This document shows, in pieces, positions 45,988 through 52,382 of a stretch of DNA of 52,382 nt (its first letter is position 1; every line of letters begins with the position of its first letter). The position numbers were made by a program, and so were the translations under genes. The notes beneath the pieces were generated by a model, which saw only the letters and a program-made list of their open reading frames with translations, did no database searches and was not told the origin of the DNA. Source of the stretch: Armatimonadota bacterium (lineage in GTDB: Bacteria; Armatimonadota; UBA10988); NCBI GenBank assembly GCA_016235455.1, contig JACRKZ010000181.1:1-52382 (forward strand), written 5' to 3'.

Positions 45988-46413
45988 ATGAAGGAGCTGA
46001 TGGTGGAGCGGGTGGCAGTGTGGGTGGCGGGCATCAAGGACGAGCCGGGCGGGTTGGCACAGGTGATCGGCGCGTTGGCCGAGGCGGGCGCGGACCTGGA
46101 CTTCCTGATTGCGCGGCGGGCGCCTGACAAACCGGGCGAGGGCGTGGTGTTCCTGACGCCGTTGCGCTCCGACGCGGAGGTGCAGGCAGCCAGCCCCTGG
46201 GGATTCGTGGCCACGCGGAGCGTGCATTCGGTGCGGATCGAGGGCGTCAACGAGGCCGGCGCGGCGGCCAAGGTCGCAGCGGCGCTGGCGGCGGCGGGGT
46301 TGAACCTGCACGGCCTGTCGGCGGCGGTCATCGACACGCGGTTCGTGGCCTACATCGGTCTGGACAGCGCCGAGGACGCCGACCGCGCGGTGGCCGTGCT
46401 GCAGAGTCTGTAG
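45988..46413 (+). CDS. ACT domain-containing protein
   Basis: Two ACT-like units: 'DEPGGLAQVIGALAEAGADL' and 'NEAGAAAKVAAALAAAGLNL'. Confidence 0.85.
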   Translation: MKELMVERVAVWVAGIKDEPGGLAQVIGALAEAGADLDFLIARRAPDKPGEGVVFLTPLRSDAEVQAASPWGFVATRSVHSVRIEGVNEAGAAAKVAAALAAAGLNLHGLSAAVIDTRFVAYIGLDSAEDADRAVAVLQSL

Positions 46414-46656
46414 GCAACGGGCCCATCGCGGAACTCGGCGCCAGGCCGTGGCGATTTGCCATGTCAGGACCTGTGGGGCAGGTCCGAGCAGGGGAGTGCG
46501 ACGGCCTGGTGTGGGACGTCGCTGGTTCGGCTGGCCCGTTCTCAGAGCGGGCCTCCGAGCACGCGAGTATGTAGCCGTTCTGCGCGCCGCGCGCTACGAT
46601 TCTCAGTAGGGACCAGGCCGCCTCGAGGCAGCCCGATCGCCTTCTGGGGACAGGTC

Positions 46657-46797
46657 ATGAGAGCCGATGTGGTCGGCGGCCACCGCCGCCCACCAGCCCT
46701 GGACTGGCTGGTCATGGTGGTGTTCTGCGTCGTAGCGTGGTATGTCGTGTCCTGGGCCTTCGTGGCCTGGCTGAGCGCGGCGATGGGCGTGGACTGA
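46657..46797 (+). CDS. Putative small single-pass membrane protein (46 aa)
   Basis: GGGGACAGG upstream of the ATG; one long Trp-rich hydrophobic helix; TACGAT -10-like box at 46595-46600. Confidence 0.4.
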   Translation: MRADVVGGHRRPPALDWLVMVVFCVVAWYVVSWAFVAWLSAAMGVD

Positions 46798-46822
46798 TAG
46801 CCTTCCAGTGTGCCGAGCGAGG

Positions 46823-49800
46823 CTAGTCCGCGGTCAGCAAGCGGACTGGGCCGAGGAGGCCTGACGTCGTCGCGCCGCGGTACTGCGTCGGGACGGTGAG
46901 GTAGTGATTGGCGAGCGTATTGCAGACCAACACCTCGATGCGGTTCGGGCCCGGCTTGACCAGCCTGGTGATGTCGAAGGTCCACGGCGGAGCAACGCGC
47001 ACGCCGGCGGGTTGGCCGTTGATGCGCACCTCGGCGCTGGCCACGACTTTGCCCAGGTCCAGCACCACGGTCCCCGCCGCGGGCACCTGCACCGTCTTGC
47101 GGTACCACGCGCCGCCCGAGTAGCAGGCCAGGCCGGCCAGCTTGCCCCAGTCGCCCAGCGCCAGTTGGCCGGGTCCGCAGTCGAACCGGATCGGCTCGGG
47201 AATGGCGGCGCCGCCATAGCAGCCGCGTTCCTGCTCGATGCTCATCAGGACCACCACCGGCGTAGGTGACGGCTTGGGCAGCGCGTAGCGGTCGCCGGTG
47301 GCGTTGAGCGGCCGGGTGCCGGCCCAGACCCGGGCCTTGCCGCGCGTACTGATGCTCATCGCGCGCACGCCCGGCGGCGTGGTGAACTGGTACCAGCCTA
47401 CCGGATTGGGGTCGTCGGCACGAACGTCGAAAGGCAGAACGGCGGGGTTGTTCCACCAGCTCATGGCCAGCGGGCTGGTGCGGAACGCCGGCTGTACCAC
47501 GCTGTCCGTCGCGCCGGGCACCAGCCGCGGCGGGCCTTGGGGGTGGTTGTACCAGAGGCTGTCGGCAAACTCGGACAGCACCTGAGCCGCCACCGCCGGG
47601 CCCGTCTGGGTCTTGGCCACCTGCCAGGTCGAATCCGTGCCCAGACGCATCGCATCGGCGGTCAGCTCGGCCACCAGCCCGGCCGACGCGCCCGTGTTGA
47701 CCGCGCGCACGAGCAGTTCGTTGCGGCCGGGGCGCAGAGCCTGGCGCACGTCGTAGTCCTGCACCAGCTCCCAGCGCTCGCCCGAGCCGATACGCGTGCC
47801 GTTCAGCCAGACCTCGTACCCGTTGTCGCAGGTGATGTGCAGCTGTGCCTTGGCGGGCACTTTGGCCAGCTCGAAGCCCCGGCGGAACCAGCGCTCGCCG
47901 TCGGCCGACTCATTGGGATACCAGATCCACTTGGCAGCCCCGGTGAAGGCGACGGCCTCGGCGGGCGCCGGCGAGGCGCGCCTGGTCGAGACCACGAACC
48001 AGGTCCGGCCCGGCTTGTCGTAGCACAGCGCCAGAGCGTTGGCGCCGGCCCGGAGCGCCAGAGCGTCGCTGGTCACCAGCTCCCCGTTGAGCCGAACCGA
48101 CAGCGGCTTGACCGCGCCGGTCAGCGCATAGCCCGTCATGGCCCGGGGAGCGATGACGTGGGTCGTCAGCCAGGTGCAGCCGCCGTCGGGCTCGTAGTTG
48201 ATGACGGTGGGCAGGTAGCCGCCGCCCACCACGCGCTTGCCGAGTACGATGAACTCGTCGTGCACCTCTTCCTTGAGCCCGTGGTAGCCCTGATGCCCGG
48301 CATCGCCCTCGACGCCCCAGCGCCAGGAGAAGGCGTACGGCACGCCGCCCTGGGTCGGCACGTCCGACGAAGCCGGTACGGGGCCGTACTTGACGAACTT
48401 GGGGCCGAACGAGCAGGTCTCCCGGCGCCACAGGCCTTGCTTCGGATCGCCCTCGGTGTAGTCGAACCAGCGTGCCTCGGCGCCAATCATGGCGTTAGTC
48501 GGCGGCCAATGGAAGTCACCGTAGCGGTTGTCGCTGGTCGGTTGCAGGGCAAACTCCCAGTCGCCCGCGATCTCCGTGGCGTGCATGTCGGGCGCCGTGG
48601 CCGCCGTCTCGGTCGCCGGCTGACCTGGGGCGAAGACTATCAACTGCATCTCGGTGTTGGTCAGCGGCAGGCGCAGCCGCGTGGTGTCGGCCGTCTGCGA
48701 AGTGACGGCCAGGGGACGGACGGCGCCGGTCCAGGGATCCCACAGCTCCACCCGGCCGGTGGCGCGGAAGCCGCACTCGGTGCCTTGAGGCGCGTTGTAG
48801 ACGGCGTACAGGTCGCGCTGCCCAACGCGGCGGTGCTGCACATAGCCGGGCCCGTCGTAGTCGCGGCCGGGCAGCGCTGCCATGACATCCGCCGTCACGC
48901 CATCGGGGAACAGCTCCTTGACCATCGCGGCGACCTGCGGGTCGTCGCGACCGAGGCGGTCGGTGACCTCGGGCAGGGCGCCCACCGCCAGCACCGTGCC
49001 GCCGGCGCGACGGAAGGCCAGCGCCTTGGCCAAGGTCGAGTGGCGAATGGCCCGCATCGCCGGCAACACGAGCACGCGGTAGACTTCGCCCGAGACGTGC
49101 AGCTCGCGGCCCACGATCTGGGCGCGGTCCAGCGATTCGAAGTCCATGAAGTCGAAGTCGACCGACTTGCCGTAGAGCCCTCCGGCGGTGCCGAAAGCGG
49201 CGCGCACCGCCTCGGGTCCGCCCAGTCCGGCTTCCATGGGTGCCACGGGGTAGAGGATGGCCACATCGCAGCGGTGGTCGCCCTGGGTGAGCAGGTAGCT
49301 GAGCCGGCGCACGCACTCAGAGAACCCGCGCATGTGCTGCCAGTAGGGCATGCGGAAGGTGTTGTCCGGCGGCGCCCATTCCCACCAGCCGCCATGCGTG
49401 GCGTAGTACATGCCGTGCAACGACAGCAGGTTGTAGCCCAGCGCGAAGTTGGCGAAGGTGGCATCGACCACATTGGCCGACGAGGTGCCCCAGCCGCTGC
49501 CGTAGTAGCCTTCGAGCCAGACGCGCGGCCGCTGGTAGAGATGCGCGATGGAGGCGGCCACCTTGGCCTTGATCAGGTCACGACCGAGGCCCGGCTGGTC
49601 GGAGCCCGGCCCCTGATTCCAGCGTTGGGCACGGAAGTAGTCGCCAAACTCGACCACATCGCGACCTCGGCCGCCATGGTCGCAGCCGACGGTCATGCCG
49701 CGCTGCTGATGCCAGTCGAACACCGGCTTGAAGTAGCCCTCCTCGGACAGCGCCACCATCACATCGCTGTAGTCGAGCCGCACCTTGGGCGTGCGCGGAC

Positions 49801-50635
49801 CGGTATCGGCGAACAGCGCCGGCAGTTCGGGCACGATGTCGTAGCCCTTGCGGCGCCGGAACTCGTCGGCGAACCGCGCGTTCCACAGGCGCCCGCGCAC
49901 GCCGAACGTCAGTTCATCGGAGAAGAAGAAGTTGAGCCCCTTGCCCTCCTGGCCGCCGAACCGCTCGGCGAACCGACCGAAGAACTTCTCGGCGTAGGCC
50001 GGGCCCGATAGCGGGTTCATGGGGTCCAGCGACCACGGCACGGTGACCGCGACGATCTTCTGGCCGTCGGGCATGGCGCCCAGCACGACGGCGTCCGCCG
50101 GCGGCTCGCCCTTGACCAGACGCAGCTCCGAGCCGCGGGTCTCGGGGTGTTCGCGCAGCAACTCGTCGACACACCAGCCCTGGCCGAAGCCCAGCGTGTA
50201 GTCGCTCAGGCTGATGCTGGCACCTTGCTTCTGGGCTTCGCGCAGGAACCAACCGGTCAGATCCCACCATTGGGGCGAGAACAGCGCGGGATCGCTGGGC
50301 ATGGTCAGTCCGTAGCTGTGGCCGCCCTTGTCCGAGTGGGCGTAGTTGATCTGGTAGCCCGAGATGCCAAAGCCGGCCATCTTCCCCAGCTCCCAGGCCA
50401 GCCGATCCTTGGTCAGCGGGTCGCCCAGCCACCAGTAGAACGGCACCATGCCAAAGCCCGGCGGCGGCGCCTGGAAGCCCGGCAGCGCATCCAGATCGGG
50501 GGTGCGGATCGCCTGGCCTACCGCGCCGGGCGGCGCGGGCCGCACCCGCGCGGGGTCGCTGAAGGCAAGGTCGCCGCCGTCCGCGGCAAGGGCCGCGAGC
50601 AGGTACAGCAGGCCGGCACGGCAGGCATAGGCCAC
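46823..50635 (-). CDS. Large GH106-like glycoside hydrolase with C-terminal sugar-binding beta-sandwich domains
   Basis: GAGGGGAG RBS before GTG50635; 'FQAPP...VPFYWWLGD', 'FFSDE', 'CDVAILYP', 'VELWDP', rhamnosidase-N-like 'AKWIW...ITCDNGY', 'YSGGAWY', 'LDLG', 'SGLLGPVRL'. Confidence 0.85.
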   Translation of the reverse strand: MAYACRAGLLYLLAALAADGGDLAFSDPARVRPAPPGAVGQAIRTPDLDALPGFQAPPPGFGMVPFYWWLGDPLTKDRLAWELGKMAGFGISGYQINYAHSDKGGHSYGLTMPSDPALFSPQWWDLTGWFLREAQKQGASISLSDYTLGFGQGWCVDELLREHPETRGSELRLVKGEPPADAVVLGAMPDGQKIVAVTVPWSLDPMNPLSGPAYAEKFFGRFAERFGGQEGKGLNFFFSDELTFGVRGRLWNARFADEFRRRKGYDIVPELPALFADTGPRTPKVRLDYSDVMVALSEEGYFKPVFDWHQQRGMTVGCDHGGRGRDVVEFGDYFRAQRWNQGPGSDQPGLGRDLIKAKVAASIAHLYQRPRVWLEGYYGSGWGTSSANVVDATFANFALGYNLLSLHGMYYATHGGWWEWAPPDNTFRMPYWQHMRGFSECVRRLSYLLTQGDHRCDVAILYPVAPMEAGLGGPEAVRAAFGTAGGLYGKSVDFDFMDFESLDRAQIVGRELHVSGEVYRVLVLPAMRAIRHSTLAKALAFRRAGGTVLAVGALPEVTDRLGRDDPQVAAMVKELFPDGVTADVMAALPGRDYDGPGYVQHRRVGQRDLYAVYNAPQGTECGFRATGRVELWDPWTGAVRPLAVTSQTADTTRLRLPLTNTEMQLIVFAPGQPATETAATAPDMHATEIAGDWEFALQPTSDNRYGDFHWPPTNAMIGAEARWFDYTEGDPKQGLWRRETCSFGPKFVKYGPVPASSDVPTQGGVPYAFSWRWGVEGDAGHQGYHGLKEEVHDEFIVLGKRVVGGGYLPTVINYEPDGGCTWLTTHVIAPRAMTGYALTGAVKPLSVRLNGELVTSDALALRAGANALALCYDKPGRTWFVVSTRRASPAPAEAVAFTGAAKWIWYPNESADGERWFRRGFELAKVPAKAQLHITCDNGYEVWLNGTRIGSGERWELVQDYDVRQALRPGRNELLVRAVNTGASAGLVAELTADAMRLGTDSTWQVAKTQTGPAVAAQVLSEFADSLWYNHPQGPPRLVPGATDSVVQPAFRTSPLAMSWWNNPAVLPFDVRADDPNPVGWYQFTTPPGVRAMSISTRGKARVWAGTRPLNATGDRYALPKPSPTPVVVLMSIEQERGCYGGAAIPEPIRFDCGPGQLALGDWGKLAGLACYSGGAWYRKTVQVPAAGTVVLDLGKVVASAEVRINGQPAGVRVAPPWTFDITRLVKPGPNRIEVLVCNTLANHYLTVPTQYRGATTSGLLGPVRLLTAD

Positions 50636-50777
50636 GGGACTCTCCCCTCGGCAGACGCGGCACCGGTCGCCCAGTCTCCACCGGATCTGGGCGGCGCCAT
50701 GGGCCAGTATCGCACAACGCTGCTCGCGCTGACAGGCAGTCGCTTGCGTGCACCGCGCCGCCATCTGGGCCGCGACG

Positions 50778-52079
50778 CTACAGACCGCTGTCGAGCACCA
50801 ACTCCACGACGCTCGGGTAACCTGCGGCGGCCCGTTCGCCATCGCGCGTAAGCAGTACGCCACGTCCCTGCGGCTGGCAGATCACCGCGCCGCCCGACAG
50901 GATGGCCGCCGACACCACCGCCCGGTCGAGCGCCGGCAGCACCACCTGGCGCTCGGTGCCCCAGTCCAGCACCAGCACGTACAGGCGGTCGCCGCGATGC
51001 GTGACGCAGTAGCGGCCCTCCACCGGCTGCAGCGGGCCTGGGCGGGTGCCATGGATGGCTTGGCCGTTGACCGCCAGCCAGTCGCCGACCTGCCGTAGCA
51101 CATCGACATGTGCCGGCGGGATCACGCCATCGGCATCGGGCCCGACATTGAGCAGCACGTTGCCGCCGCGACCGACGACATTGACCAGCATGCGCACGAC
51201 CTCCTGGGCCGTCATCAGGTCGTCGCGCTGGTTGTAGCCCCAGCTCGGGCGATTGAGGTTGAGGCACTTCTCCCAGGGCTCGTCGAGGATGGGACCGGTC
51301 ACCTCGTGGCCACCCTCGTCGCACTGGAAGTCGCCTTCCCAGCCGGAGCGCGGGTTGATAACGCAGTGCGGCTGGTGCGCCCGGACCATGGCGTTGAGCT
51401 TCAGCGGTTCCCAGAACCACGCGGCGTCGGCGTCGGTGCCCTGGTGCGCCAGCCAGCCGCCGTCGTACCACAGCACGTCGATGGGGCCGTAGCGGCTGAC
51501 CAGCTCCTCCACCTGCCCGTAGCCCTGCTGCTTGAGCAGCGCGGCGTCTTCCGGCAGCTCACGTGGCTGGAAGTAGCCGGGGAAGCGCCAGTCCATGGGC
51601 GAGTAGTAGAGCCCGACGGCCAGGCCGGCCGCGCGGCAGGCGGCCACATACTCCGCCACGAAGTCGCGCCGCGCCGCGGTTCGAGCGCTGCAGAAGCCAC
51701 CAAAGCTGGCCGGGCTGTCCCACAAGGCGAATCCATCGTGGTGGCGCGCGGTGAGCACCATGTACTTCATGCCGGCCGCCTTGGCCGCGTCGGCCCAGGC
51801 CGCCGCATCGAAGTGCCGGGGCGCGAACTCATCGGCCAGTTTCGCGTACTCGTCAGCGGGGATCTGCTCGTTGTGCATCAGCCATTCGCCGCGCGCGGGA
51901 ATGGCATAGAGCCCCCAGTGCAGGAACATGCCGAACTTGGCGTCGCGCCACCAGACCATGTCCTCGGGCGGCAGCTTGAGGCTGGCGTCGCGCACGGAGT
52001 GCTCGCCCTTGAAGACCACGGAACTCTTGAGTTGCGAGGCCAGTTCGTCGCCCTGGAGGCTATCGTCGGTGTGGCTCAT
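50778..52079 (-). CDS. Alpha-L-fucosidase (GH29)
   Basis: 'WWRDAKFGMFLHWGLYA', 'AGMKYMVLTARHHDGFALW', 'GLYYSPMDW', nucleophile 'WYDG', 'LLNVGP'. Confidence 0.93.
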   Translation of the reverse strand: MSHTDDSLQGDELASQLKSSVVFKGEHSVRDASLKLPPEDMVWWRDAKFGMFLHWGLYAIPARGEWLMHNEQIPADEYAKLADEFAPRHFDAAAWADAAKAAGMKYMVLTARHHDGFALWDSPASFGGFCSARTAARRDFVAEYVAACRAAGLAVGLYYSPMDWRFPGYFQPRELPEDAALLKQQGYGQVEELVSRYGPIDVLWYDGGWLAHQGTDADAAWFWEPLKLNAMVRAHQPHCVINPRSGWEGDFQCDEGGHEVTGPILDEPWEKCLNLNRPSWGYNQRDDLMTAQEVVRMLVNVVGRGGNVLLNVGPDADGVIPPAHVDVLRQVGDWLAVNGQAIHGTRPGPLQPVEGRYCVTHRGDRLYVLVLDWGTERQVVLPALDRAVVSAAILSGGAVICQPQGRGVLLTRDGERAAAGYPSVVELVLDSGL

Positions 52080-52094
52080 CGTTCTTCCCTTCGC

Positions 52095-52382
52095 TCAGCG
52101 CTCATAGACCTGGAACTCGTTGATGTTGATGGGCCGCACGGCGGTCAGCACGCGCAGGCGGATCTCACGCGCGCGCACCGGCGTGAACTCGACGGTCTTG
52201 TCGGGCCCGATAGTCGTGCCGCGGGCCACCTCGCGCCAGGTGTCGCCCTGTTTGACCTCGATGACGAACTCGCGCGTCTCTTGCCATTCGATCTCGGCCA
52301 TCCAGACCCGGCCGACCAGTTTCTCCGCGCCGAGATCGACGGCCAGCCAACCGTCGCGCGCGTCCATGGCCGAGGCCCAGCG
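52095..52382 (-). CDS. C-terminal F5/8 type C (discoidin/CBM32-like) domain of a gene truncated by the window edge
   Basis: 'WLAVDLG', 'WREVARGTTIG', 'FTPVRAREIRL', 'INEFQVY'; the frame is open to the window end. Confidence 0.8.
   Translation of the reverse strand, partial: RWASAMDARDGWLAVDLGAEKLVGRVWMAEIEWQETREFVIEVKQGDTWREVARGTTIGPDKTVEFTPVRAREIRLRVLTAVRPININEFQVYER

Overview
A 52.4-kb window from a very GC-rich diderm bacterium rich in carbohydrate-active enzymes; the gene style suggests Armatimonadota or a PVC-like lineage, which is inference only. It carries an orphan 7TM-PAS histidine kinase, a large secreted unknown protein, and an outer-membrane beta-barrel gene with a structured leader. 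A livKHMG operon lacking livF is followed by a broken GH71/GH42-like region. Housekeeping genes are metG, argH, a pyrB-PyrI(Zn) fusion, plant-type leuCD and rnz. There is also a clostripain-like lipoprotein and a ~17-kb glycan-degradation block (GH95, CE4-like, PL8, two GH106-like, GH29). The most striking non-standard feature is a 463-bp cassette (24801-25263): an intact GxxExxY/PD-(D/E)XK nuclease gene bracketed by 31-bp inverted arms built from a 9-bp unit (CACAGATTA x3), lying inside the pyrB-argH operon. Empty, gene-less copies of the same arms sit at 23208-23274 and 31035-31113, which resembles an autonomous/non-autonomous REP- or MITE-type system driven by a non-transposase nuclease. 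At least three other unrelated REP/REPIN-like palindrome families, a candidate 6S RNA upstream of metG, and a candidate Moco-like riboswitch are also visible. No CRISPR array, tRNA or rRNA was recognised.
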